Notes: generated by a model not told the origin, from the sequence alone. Shown: positions 1-10,860, numbered from the stretch's first letter. The stretch is 13,610 bases of DNA from an uncultured archaeon (GCA_964549075.1 CAZJUB010000072.1:1-13610); one strand, 5' to 3'. A program made the numbers and translations.

Positions 1-177
1 TGTATTAAGTAAATCATCAGATTTGTCAGTTAATTGTTGAACAAGTTCATCAACGCTTTCAGAAGGAGAAATTGAAATGGGATTAAACATAGCTTGATGG
101 TAAATTATAGTTAAGTAAATTGTAGGAATCAATATAAAACAGAGCATAATAGCAATCAAAGTTACACGCTTTCTCAT
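1..177 (-). CDS. Partial (N-terminus only) secreted or membrane-anchored hypothetical protein running off the left edge
   Basis: Manual translation from ATG at 177: MRKRVTLIAIMLCFILIPTIYLTIIYHQAMFNPISISPSESVDELVQQLTDKSDDLLNT..., with no stop to the window edge. Basic N-terminus plus hydrophobic stretch indicates a signal peptide or anchor. Not in the ORF track because it is truncated. Confidence 0.75.
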   Translation of the reverse strand, partial: MRKRVTLIAIMLCFILIPTIYLTIIYHQAMFNPISISPSESVDELVQQLTDKSDDLLNT

Positions 178-278
178 TTCAGGACAACATTTTTTTTTGA
201 AAAATTGATTAAAGAGAATATTAAGTGTTTCGGAGATTAGCTTAAATTAAACCAGAGTGATACATTCTTGCTTTTAAT

Positions 279-322
279 TTTTTATAGCAACTCATTTTGA
301 TTGAGTATATTTTTATAGCAAC
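279..322. repeat. 13-bp direct repeat TTTTTATAGCAAC, two copies
   Basis: Exact copies at 279-291 and 310-322 (31-bp period). Short inverted repeat ACTCA (290-294) / TGAGT (302-306) between or overlapping them. Confidence 0.6.
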
Positions 323-326
323 AATT

Positions 327-488
327 TATCCAATAGCAGGTTCTGCAGGAAATAGCTATCCATATCTTCTAGGAGAACCAATGGTTCCTGAATTTTCCGA
401 AAACTTGTTCATGATACTTGTACTCTCTACAACCAGTCTAGTAGCAACTTAAAGGGTAAGTGTATCTAAAAGAAAATTACGAAAATAA
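327..488 (+). pseudogene. Remnant C-terminus of a surface protein with PEF-CTERM-like sorting signal, broken by an in-frame TAA
   Basis: One frame reads YPIAGSAGNSYPYLLGEPMVPEFSENLFMILVLSTTSLVAT*RVSVSKRKLRK*: VPEF motif (384-395), hydrophobic helix, TAA at 450-452, then basic tail KRKLRK and stop at 486-488. No long upstream ORF. Confidence 0.5.
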
Positions 489-580
489 TACAAAAGGAAT
501 CAAAGAAAAATCCTCAACACTTGGATAAATATGGTGTTTACTCTTCGGAAACTGCAAAAATGATAGCAAATTCTATAAGA
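489..580 (+). pseudogene. Possible fragment of a CinA C-terminal / PncC (NMN deamidase) family gene
   Basis: Frame from 494 reads KESKKNPQHLDKYGVYSSETAKMIANSIR, resembling the recalled family motif L(E/D)K(Y/H)GAVSEETAxxMAxGxR. No proper start and no remainder of the domain. Confidence 0.35.
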
Positions 581-659
581 ATTTTTTACTCCAAACAAAT
601 TTTGGAAATTAGAAAATTTAATTAAGAACGCAAATTAAACGATTAAACGTGACATTATT

Positions 660-1775
660 ATGGCTGAAGAAATTTTATCTGCTTCAGAAAAACAGATTTC
701 TGAGTGGTCTCAAGAAATAATCAAAAAAAATAATTTAGCAAAAAACAGTTATACTGAAGATATTACTGATTCCATTATCGCATTCTTTAAAGGAAAATTA
801 CCAGACTATGATATTGAAGTATATGAGATTGAAGAGCCAGCTATAACATTTAATGTTAGAAAAATAATACAAAAGGAAGAAACAGAAAGCGATAAATTAG
901 ATATTTTTGGTTCTTTTTTTAATTCTTCTACTGAGGAAGAAAGGAATATGGAATCGAAATTACTTGAAGCTTTTAAGTTAATTATTAAGGAACTAAATAT
1001 TCTTCACCCAATAAATTACTCGGAAATAACAAAAAAGATTGGTTTACAAACTTATGATAAACCACCAAAATATTCTGATGAGAATTTCATTCAATGGGCA
1101 ACAAAATGTATAGACTATTTCAAATTTGCAAGAGATACACCCACATTGGACTTAATAATAAACTCTATACAATTCTTTGATATACTGATGACAACATATT
1201 CAGTCTATTATACTAAGTATAAAATACCTGATATGTTTCCCATCTACGTTGAGAAGATAGGAGATGATTCTCTATTCTATTCTTCAGAATCTCTTATTAT
1301 TCAAAAAAGTTATTTTGCTACTTACATTCATATACTTGAGATATTAGAGAGAAAGCAGGATTATCCAAAAGATTCAGAATTTTTCTATAATCTCGCTCAT
1401 GTATATGAGGAATTAGGAATGAAATCAAGAGCTGAATATTTTGGAAAAATAGCTTTGGGATTGGAACATCACAACACCGATGCGTTATTTGAGTTAGTTA
1501 TGTACTATATAGAACATAAAAGAGTTCAAGATGGAGTAGAGTATATGAAACGATTGGGTGGAGTATATCAAGTACAAAATCAGAAGAAATTAGCTATCCA
1601 GATGTGGCAAGGAGTTTCTAGATTTGATCAAGGGGCTGATGTTGTCTCAGCTTTAATTACACTCTACAATGATTTAGGTATGAAAAATGAACTCAACCAA
1701 ATTTTGTCTTATGTAAAAATGAACAGCGACAAATATAAAGATATTATGAGTTTAATTGATAAATTTGAACAGTGA
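660..1775 (+). CDS. Hypothetical protein with C-terminal TPR-like helical repeats
   Basis: 371-aa ORF. C-terminal third has TPR-like patterns (FFYNLAHVYEELGMKSRAEYFGKIALGLEHHNTDALFEL; LGGVYQVQNQKKLAIQMWQ). N-terminal part not recognised. Confidence 0.65.
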   Translation: MAEEILSASEKQISEWSQEIIKKNNLAKNSYTEDITDSIIAFFKGKLPDYDIEVYEIEEPAITFNVRKIIQKEETESDKLDIFGSFFNSSTEEERNMESKLLEAFKLIIKELNILHPINYSEITKKIGLQTYDKPPKYSDENFIQWATKCIDYFKFARDTPTLDLIINSIQFFDILMTTYSVYYTKYKIPDMFPIYVEKIGDDSLFYSSESLIIQKSYFATYIHILEILERKQDYPKDSEFFYNLAHVYEELGMKSRAEYFGKIALGLEHHNTDALFELVMYYIEHKRVQDGVEYMKRLGGVYQVQNQKKLAIQMWQGVSRFDQGADVVSALITLYNDLGMKNELNQILSYVKMNSDKYKDIMSLIDKFEQ

Positions 1776-1839
1776 GGATGAAATTAATTTCATTTGTTGT
1801 GAATTTTTACAGGAAAAAATAGATAAGGAAATTACATCC

Positions 1840-3489
1840 TTAATCTGCATCAAACATATTTCCTCTGTTAAACAATCCATAGGGATCAAGAGCATTCTTT
1901 ACAGCACGCATTTGATTAACACCTTCTTCCCCATACATTACGATCAGATATTCGTGTTTGATTTTTCCAATACCATGTTCAGCTGAAACAGAACCGCCAA
2001 ATTCAACAGCTTTTTTAGCGAATTTCTTGTAAATCTTTTTACCTAATTCTAGTTCTTCAAGATTTCTGGGTAAGATATTTACGTGAACATGAGAATCGCC
2101 AATATGTCCCCACATGGCATATTCCAGATTATGTTCTTTAAGAGTTGAATGATAAATATCCATCATTTCTCTGAAATGTTCATGTAGAACAGACATATCT
2201 GTTCCTAGCTTGTGGATTTCAGGATATTCATTTTTTCTGCTCGCAATTATTGCATTAACTGTTTCTGGTACTGCATGTCTCATAGCTTTGAAGTTTTCTC
2301 TTTCTACCTCATCAAAAGCTGACCAGCAAGAATCAATTGAAGAATTACATTCCACTGCCATATCATCCAATTTGACGATTATATCTTCCAATTTATCCTC
2401 AGTATAAGGCACTTCAAAGAAAATAGCTGTTTTAACTTCTGGAGGGATTGTGAGTACATTCGCTAAAGCAGGATTGGTATTTGCTTTTCCTTTAAGTAAT
2501 TCAAACGAGTTTTCGTCAAAGTATTCTATATACTCAACATCTAACTCTTTATCTGCCCTTAATTTTTCAACAAAACTAATAGAATCATCTTCTGAAGTAA
2601 AGAACATAACATTAGGTAGACCATTAACTTTAGGAATTATCCATAACTCAATTTCAGATATAAAACCAAAAATTCCCTCAGAACCAACAAAAAGATCGAT
2701 TAAATCCATATCTGGTTTTGCATACAATCCAGCAGCATTTTTTGCTTTTGGCATCTCATAAGTTGGAACTGTAACTTTAATTTCCTTATTTTCTGTCTTT
2801 ATTAAAAATACACCTTTTTCAGCTTTATAATGCCCACGAGTTATATCTAACACTTCTCCTGTATCCAAGATAATACGAAGTCTTCTTACCCAAGGTCTCA
2901 TAGCACCATATTTGAAAGATCGTCCTCCTGAAGCATTGGCTGCTATAGCGCCACCTATTGCTGCAGTCATTTCAGTAGGATCAATAGGAAAAATATAACT
3001 TGTAGAATCTTGTTTAAACTTTGTTACCCAATCATCACCATCGATATTATGATTTGCAGTAAATTCTTTGTTTTTAATAATTTCATCTAATTCTTGAAGA
3101 GTAATTCCAGGTTGCATTTGTACATAGTATTTTTGTTTATCTTCATCATATCCTAATCCTAAGATATTCTTCATTTCATCAGTAGAGATTACCGCACCTC
3201 CAAAAGGTACAGCACTTCCAACAATTCCAGTTCTTCCACCAGAGATAGTTATCGGTGTCTTATCCTCATGCATTTTTCTTATGATTGTTATTACTTCTTG
3301 TTCAGTTTTAGGGAAAAACAACCATTCAGCTGAACCGCCTGCTAATTTTGATTCATCTATAATATAATCAGAATGTTTGGAAGTTATATCGGTTTGACCG
3401 TGAGTTTTATTGATTTTTTCAAATGATGTTTCTTGTAATTTCAAAGCTTCTATAACGTTTATTACCATTAATGACACATCCGCACACAT
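1840..3489 (-). CDS. FAD-binding oxidoreductase, FAD-linked oxidase (GlcD / D-lactate dehydrogenase / VAO-PCMH) family
   Basis: Motifs GGRTGIVGSAVP, PIDPTEMTAAIGGAIAANASG, GSEGIFG, GHIGDSHVHVN, SAEHGIGKIK, LDPYGLFNRG. Start may be 3489 or the next ATG at 3468. Substrate not assignable. Confidence 0.88.
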   Translation of the reverse strand: MCADVSLMVINVIEALKLQETSFEKINKTHGQTDITSKHSDYIIDESKLAGGSAEWLFFPKTEQEVITIIRKMHEDKTPITISGGRTGIVGSAVPFGGAVISTDEMKNILGLGYDEDKQKYYVQMQPGITLQELDEIIKNKEFTANHNIDGDDWVTKFKQDSTSYIFPIDPTEMTAAIGGAIAANASGGRSFKYGAMRPWVRRLRIILDTGEVLDITRGHYKAEKGVFLIKTENKEIKVTVPTYEMPKAKNAAGLYAKPDMDLIDLFVGSEGIFGFISEIELWIIPKVNGLPNVMFFTSEDDSISFVEKLRADKELDVEYIEYFDENSFELLKGKANTNPALANVLTIPPEVKTAIFFEVPYTEDKLEDIIVKLDDMAVECNSSIDSCWSAFDEVERENFKAMRHAVPETVNAIIASRKNEYPEIHKLGTDMSVLHEHFREMMDIYHSTLKEHNLEYAMWGHIGDSHVHVNILPRNLEELELGKKIYKKFAKKAVEFGGSVSAEHGIGKIKHEYLIVMYGEEGVNQMRAVKNALDPYGLFNRGNMFDAD

Positions 3490-3550
3490 GTGTTTTTGTT
3501 GTTCTGGATAACAAAAGCATAAAAATCTTCACATTATTATAAAATTAAGA
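3490..3550. promoter_or_regulatory. Compact divergent promoter region (FAD oxidase / DUF917)
   Basis: 61-bp AT-rich spacer between divergent starts. AAAAGCATAAAA on + and GAAGATTTTTAT on - each lie about 30 nt before their ATG and overlap each other. Confidence 0.4.
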
Positions 3551-4660
3551 ATGACTCGCAAAGAATTAACAAAACAAGAAGCACTAGATATTGTAACAGG
3601 AGCTAAAATACTGGCTTGTGGAGGAGGAGGGAGTGAAAAAAAGGCTATTGATAATATCAATAAAACGTATGATAATGGGAAGAATTTCACCATTGTTGAT
3701 TTATCTGATCTGAAATATGACGACAATATATGCATTATAGGAATGGTAGGAGGAGGGATAACAGATGAAGAGAGAAAGCTCGTCGAGAATCGAGAAATAA
3801 TCAACACTGAACCGATGAAAACAGCTGTAAAAGAATTAGAGAGCTTCCTTGACATTGAATTTAGAGGATTTGTTGCTACAGAACTGGGACCAAATAACAG
3901 CATTATACCCATGATGGTGGCAGCTGAAATGGATAAAGTTGCAATTAATGGTGATTGTTGTGGAAGAAGTAAACCAAAGATTTCCATTAGTACAACGAGG
4001 GTAACTGATATTGCTATTGCGCCGTTTTCTATTGTTAGTCAGTATGGAGATGTTCAGATAGTCAAAAAAACTGTTGACGATGTACGAGGAGAATTACTTG
4101 CTAGAACAGCTTCTAGATTATCTGGTGGTTCGGTTAGTGTAGCTCGTTGCCCCATGACAGTAAAGAAAGGAAAGGAAGCAATTATTCCAGATACCTATAA
4201 TTTAGCACTTACTGTGGGGAAAAATATCAGAAACGCAAAAAAAGAAAGATCAAATATAATTGAGGTTCTTCATAATTCCATCCCAAGTTCTAGACTCATC
4301 TTCGAAGGGATTCTTGCTAGTTTTTCTAGGATTGAACAAGGAGGGTTTACTTCAGGAGAGATAGTTATGGAAACAGTTGATGGAAAACAGCTTAAAGTAT
4401 GGTATCAAAACGAATACTTGCTTTCATGGTTGGATAAGAATCAATTTATCACATGTCCTGATGGACTTTATATTGTTGATTCAAAAACAGGATATGGATT
4501 ATCTCCTTGGGAAGAAGATTTTCAAAAAGGAAGAGAAGTTGCAGTATTTGTACATGATGCTCCAGACATCTGGAGATCAGAAAAAGGATTAGCTATATTT
4601 GGTCCTGAGGTTTTTGCTGAGAATTGGGGACCATACAAATCCCTAAAAGAACTACTCTAA
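3551..4660 (+). CDS. DUF917 family protein (thiohydantoin-desulfurase-like fold)
   Basis: GAKILACGGGG near the N-terminus, ELGPNNS, GDCCGRSKP, GGFTSG, WYQNEYL and TCPD match the DUF917 motif order. The 369-aa length is typical. Confidence 0.82.
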   Translation: MTRKELTKQEALDIVTGAKILACGGGGSEKKAIDNINKTYDNGKNFTIVDLSDLKYDDNICIIGMVGGGITDEERKLVENREIINTEPMKTAVKELESFLDIEFRGFVATELGPNNSIIPMMVAAEMDKVAINGDCCGRSKPKISISTTRVTDIAIAPFSIVSQYGDVQIVKKTVDDVRGELLARTASRLSGGSVSVARCPMTVKKGKEAIIPDTYNLALTVGKNIRNAKKERSNIIEVLHNSIPSSRLIFEGILASFSRIEQGGFTSGEIVMETVDGKQLKVWYQNEYLLSWLDKNQFITCPDGLYIVDSKTGYGLSPWEEDFQKGREVAVFVHDAPDIWRSEKGLAIFGPEVFAENWGPYKSLKELL

Positions 4661-4711
4661 AAGACAGTTGTATTCAAATGGTTAGCGAGTATACATTAGA
4701 ATACGATAAAA

Positions 4712-7831
<3,120 letters not shown>

Positions 7832-7849
7832 TCATAAAGAGATGATATC

Positions 7850-7865
7850 ATACAAAACTTTTCTG
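7850..7865 (-). promoter_or_regulatory. Putative BRE/TATA-like element upstream of the GH2 gene
   Basis: Minus strand CAGAAAAGTTTTGTAT, about 22-37 nt before ATG 7828. Imperfect TATA. Confidence 0.3.
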
Positions 7866-7882
7866 TTTATTTGAAGATTATT

Positions 7883-9547
7883 TTACTTCTCGAGTGAAAT
7901 ATGCTTTGCTGCTAAATAACCAAAAGTCATAGTAGGACCAATAGTTGCTCCTGGTCCAGGATAACTGTGACCCATAACTGAAGCAGAAGTATTCCCTATC
8001 GCATATAGTCCTTCTATTATTGAACCATCTTCTCTTAAAACTTGAGCAAATTCGTTTGTGACTAATCCACCTTTGGTTCCTAAATCACCAGGAACCATCT
8101 CAACTACAAAGAATGGTGGTTTCTCTAAAGGAGCAAGATTGTGGTTTGGAAATACCTTAGGATCTCCATAGTAATTATCATAAGCATTTTCACCTCTTCC
8201 AAAATCCAAATCTTTCCCAGTTTTAGCGTAATTATTGAAATTTTTTATAGTTTCTAGTAAATTACTTTCATCCACATGAATTTTATATGCCAATTCTGAA
8301 AGTGTATTCGCTGTTTTAATGTACTCAAATTCATAGTAAGGTTTAGGGAACTTTTGTCCGGGAAAAGTTGTTCCAAAAATGTAATGATTTTTGAATCTTT
8401 GATCAAATATAAAATAACAGGGGATATATTGACCATCTTTCTTGTTATTTTTAAGGATTTCATGAACTATGAACACATAATTAGCTGATTCATTTGTGAA
8501 TCTTTTTCCTTGTTTGTTTACCATAATCGATCCAGGATAACCACGTTCTCCAACATGGAAGAAAGGTGTACCCTCTGGATCAACTGAGGTAGGACCCCAC
8601 CAAGCATCTTCCATAAGATCAACAGCAGCACCTAACCTCATTCCTGCTAAAATCGCGTCTCCTGTATTATCTCTATGGGCTACTGTCCAATTAATAGTTA
8701 TAGGATGAGGATGATATTTATGACGCATTTTAAGATTGTGTGCAAAACCTCCTGCAGCTAGAATAACACCTTTTTTAGCTTTAATTTCATATTGAGCATC
8801 ATTTTCAACAAAGATAACACCTGTCACTCTACCATTTTCTTCTATCAAATCAATTACACGAGAGTTTAATTGTAGTGGGATATTCGCTTCTTTTAAACTG
8901 AAACGCAATCTCCCAATTAATCCTTGTCCCATGGTTAAAGGTTTGCGTCTAAGAATGAAATTTAAAATTGTTCTAAGAATAACTTTCAATGATGTAATCT
9001 TTCCACGCCAAGTAGAAACAACCATTCCCAAATCATGATACTCAGAAATTGTAAAAGCCATATTAAGAGGAACATCAAAAATTGAAGGATTAAGATATCT
9101 CAAATCTTTTCCTAGCTTCTTACCATTAAAAGGTTTAACTTCTAAAGACCTTCCCTCTGCTAAACCACCTGGAGCATCAGGATGATAATCAGAGTACCAA
9201 GGAACACTCATAAACTTCAAACTTGCATGATTTTCTAACCAAGTAACCATACGTGGAGAATAGTCAATATAAGCATCTTTTCTTTCTGATGAAACTTTAT
9301 CACCAATAAGATAGTCGAAATACTTTCTGGCTTTTTTAGAAGAATCTTCTATCCCTGCTTTACGTAACAGATGATTGTTAGGAATCCAGATTCCTCCGCC
9401 AGATAAGGCAGTAGAACCGCCGTAATAATTGGATTTTTCAAGAATTATTACATCCAATCCAGCTTGTTTAGCAACCAGAGCTGCTGTCATTCCTCCACCA
9501 CCCGAACCCACAATTATTACATCGACATCCTCAAGAGATTCTTCCAT
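7883..9547 (-). CDS. kstD: 3-ketosteroid delta1-dehydrogenase-like FAD-dependent oxidoreductase
   Basis: Rossmann GSGGGG, KstD signature GGSTALSGGGIWIPNN, YSDYHP (Y121), RFTNESANY (Y357), GDLGTKGGL, YPGPGATIG (Y529, G533). 554 aa. Confidence 0.85.
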   Translation of the reverse strand: MEESLEDVDVIIVGSGGGGMTAALVAKQAGLDVIILEKSNYYGGSTALSGGGIWIPNNHLLRKAGIEDSSKKARKYFDYLIGDKVSSERKDAYIDYSPRMVTWLENHASLKFMSVPWYSDYHPDAPGGLAEGRSLEVKPFNGKKLGKDLRYLNPSIFDVPLNMAFTISEYHDLGMVVSTWRGKITSLKVILRTILNFILRRKPLTMGQGLIGRLRFSLKEANIPLQLNSRVIDLIEENGRVTGVIFVENDAQYEIKAKKGVILAAGGFAHNLKMRHKYHPHPITINWTVAHRDNTGDAILAGMRLGAAVDLMEDAWWGPTSVDPEGTPFFHVGERGYPGSIMVNKQGKRFTNESANYVFIVHEILKNNKKDGQYIPCYFIFDQRFKNHYIFGTTFPGQKFPKPYYEFEYIKTANTLSELAYKIHVDESNLLETIKNFNNYAKTGKDLDFGRGENAYDNYYGDPKVFPNHNLAPLEKPPFFVVEMVPGDLGTKGGLVTNEFAQVLREDGSIIEGLYAIGNTSASVMGHSYPGPGATIGPTMTFGYLAAKHISLEK

Positions 9548-9649
9548 ACATTAAATTCTTCAATTGGTATTTTAATTGTAGGGTGAAATAATAGAACTAT
9601 TTCCGAATTAATCAAAATCTGAATCAAAAATGTAAGAAAATGCATTGAA

Positions 9650-9684
9650 TTTATATAGTAGAAATTACAAAAAGGAAACGGTGA
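9650..9684 (+). promoter_or_regulatory. Archaeal TATA box and GGTGA ribosome-binding site for the 9689 gene
   Basis: TTTATATA at 9650-9657. GGTGA at 9680-9684, 4 nt before ATG 9689. Confidence 0.55.
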
Positions 9685-9688
9685 CAAT

Positions 9689-10237
9689 ATGTCTGTTAAA
9701 AGAGATGGTTTTTTCGCCAATATATTTGACTCATATAAACAAACAATCATCATGATTGTAATGCTTATTGTATATTTGATAATACCTGCAGGAATTGCAG
9801 TTCTTGGATACTGGTTAGGAATAGTAAACCAAGGTTATACCTGGATGGGTGGCTTTAGCCAATTAAACCTTGCTATTCAAGGGATAATTAGTGACCCTAT
9901 TGGTTTTATACCAACTCTTCATTGGGGCTACTATATTATAATGTTAGCAGCATTGATGGCTATTGTAAGTTTTGCATCAGCATTCTTATTTACAGCTTCA
10001 AGAAACGATAGAATTGCTAAACCATTAGGATTCTTTAAAGCATTTTTAGGCGCTTGGGGAATACTATTCACATATGTGATCCTAACAGCAATCTTCTTTG
10101 GTGCATATTATGGATTTACCTATCTAAATGTTCCATTGTTAGATACAATTCTATTCTGGGTAGCTGTAACAATTGGTGGATTATCAATTATAGCAATGAT
10201 CTTCAGAGTTATTGATTACTTACTTGAACTAGAGTAA
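9689..10237 (+). CDS. Hypothetical integral membrane protein (about 4 TM helices)
   Basis: 182 aa with several long hydrophobic segments. TATA and RBS upstream, T-tract downstream. Confidence 0.75.
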   Translation: MSVKRDGFFANIFDSYKQTIIMIVMLIVYLIIPAGIAVLGYWLGIVNQGYTWMGGFSQLNLAIQGIISDPIGFIPTLHWGYYIIMLAALMAIVSFASAFLFTASRNDRIAKPLGFFKAFLGAWGILFTYVILTAIFFGAYYGFTYLNVPLLDTILFWVAVTIGGLSIIAMIFRVIDYLLELE

Positions 10238-10256
10238 AGCGAATCAAAAAACTCTA

Positions 10257-10269
10257 TTTCTTTTTCTTT
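10257..10269 (+). terminator. Oligo-T archaeal-type terminator
   Basis: TTTCTTTTTCTTT about 20 nt after the stop at 10237, in a convergent spacer. Confidence 0.4.
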
Positions 10270-10284
10270 AAAATTTCAAATACT

Positions 10285-10803
10285 TTATTCAAGTAATGTA
10301 ACTTTTTCTATATGTTTCCCACACTCAGGACAGTGGTTGTTATCATTAATCCATCCTGCTAGATGTTTCTTATGTATAATATGACCACATGGTTCAAATT
10401 TAGAAAATTGTTCTTCAGTAGTAATAGGTGTTCTGCAAATTGCACAAATACCAACATCCTCATCATTAACTAAATCTTCATCAATTGAAACTTCATACTT
10501 TAGTGAAGGATTCTTTTCTTCTTGTCTTCTATAGATATATCCTAGAACTGAAGTAATGTATCCAGGAAGAGGGCCAAGAGATAGAGCCACTAAAAATGGG
10601 ATATAAAGGGCTGGTTTTAGATTAGGCGAAAATGACATTCCAATCATAGAAGCAATGAAAATAAATGCAAAAACTGATGATAATAAAAGCAACAGTCCTG
10701 CTGAGTGAATTGCATAACATCTATAGGAACAGAAAGCACTGTTTTTGAATGTCCAGTAAAGACTTATTTGATTTTTCCCACAATTAGTGCATCTTTTAGT
10801 CAT
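10285..10803 (-). CDS. Membrane-anchored RING-finger protein (N-terminal C4 zinc finger, 2 TM, RING-H2-like domain), putative E3 ubiquitin ligase
   Basis: C5-x2-C8...FC25-SYR-C29. Hydrophobic helices at about aa 34-58 and 65-91. RING ligands C120, C123, C139, H141, H144, H147, C158, C161, with W151 and CPxC. Confidence 0.8.
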   Translation of the reverse strand: MTKRCTNCGKNQISLYWTFKNSAFCSYRCYAIHSAGLLLLLSSVFAFIFIASMIGMSFSPNLKPALYIPFLVALSLGPLPGYITSVLGYIYRRQEEKNPSLKYEVSIDEDLVNDEDVGICAICRTPITTEEQFSKFEPCGHIIHKKHLAGWINDNNHCPECGKHIEKVTLLE

Positions 10804-10832
10804 CTAATTCAAATGAATATGAAATTTATCTC

Positions 10833-10846
10833 TATATAAGTTTTTT
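10833..10846 (-). promoter_or_regulatory. Archaeal BRE + TATA box for the RING gene
   Basis: Minus strand AAAAAACTTATATA, with TTATATA 30-36 nt before ATG 10803 and no RBS (short-leader or leaderless pattern). Confidence 0.6.
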
Positions 10847-10860
10847 AATACTATTATGTT

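Noticed and set aside
179-190. Tiny upstream ORF ATG-TTG-TCC-TGA on the - strand just before the gene starting at 177
   Set aside because: Three codons, expected by chance; no evidence of function.
279-322. Possible mini-CRISPR from the 13-bp repeat
   Set aside because: Repeat and spacer are too short, there are only two copies, and no cas genes are present.
1756-1986. 76-aa + strand ORF
   Set aside because: Overlaps the end of the TPR gene and lies antisense to the conserved C-terminus of the FAD oxidase. No motifs.
2210-2761. 65-aa and 103-aa + strand ORFs
   Set aside because: Antisense shadows inside the FAD oxidase with Ser/Ile-rich composition typical of reverse-strand reading.
3529-3987. 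152-aa - strand ORF
   Set aside because: Antisense shadow of DUF917; its PPPP run mirrors GGGG codons.
4377-4592. 71-aa + strand ORF
   Set aside because: Alternate frame within DUF917. The main frame is intact, so no frameshift is needed.
7883-9547. Alternative call as succinate dehydrogenase / fumarate reductase flavoprotein
   Set aside because: Lacks the covalent-FAD His motif and the QFHPT motif, carries the KstD signature and tyrosines, and has no Fe-S subunit gene adjacent.
8254-9753. ORFs 8254-8463 and 9517-9753
   Set aside because: The first is an alternate frame in kstD. The second spans a promoter spacer and overlaps both flanking genes.
10220-10296. TTACTTGAA inverted repeat at the ends of two convergent genes (both encode LLE near the C-terminus)
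   Set aside because: Only 9 bp in AT-rich coding DNA; consistent with chance.
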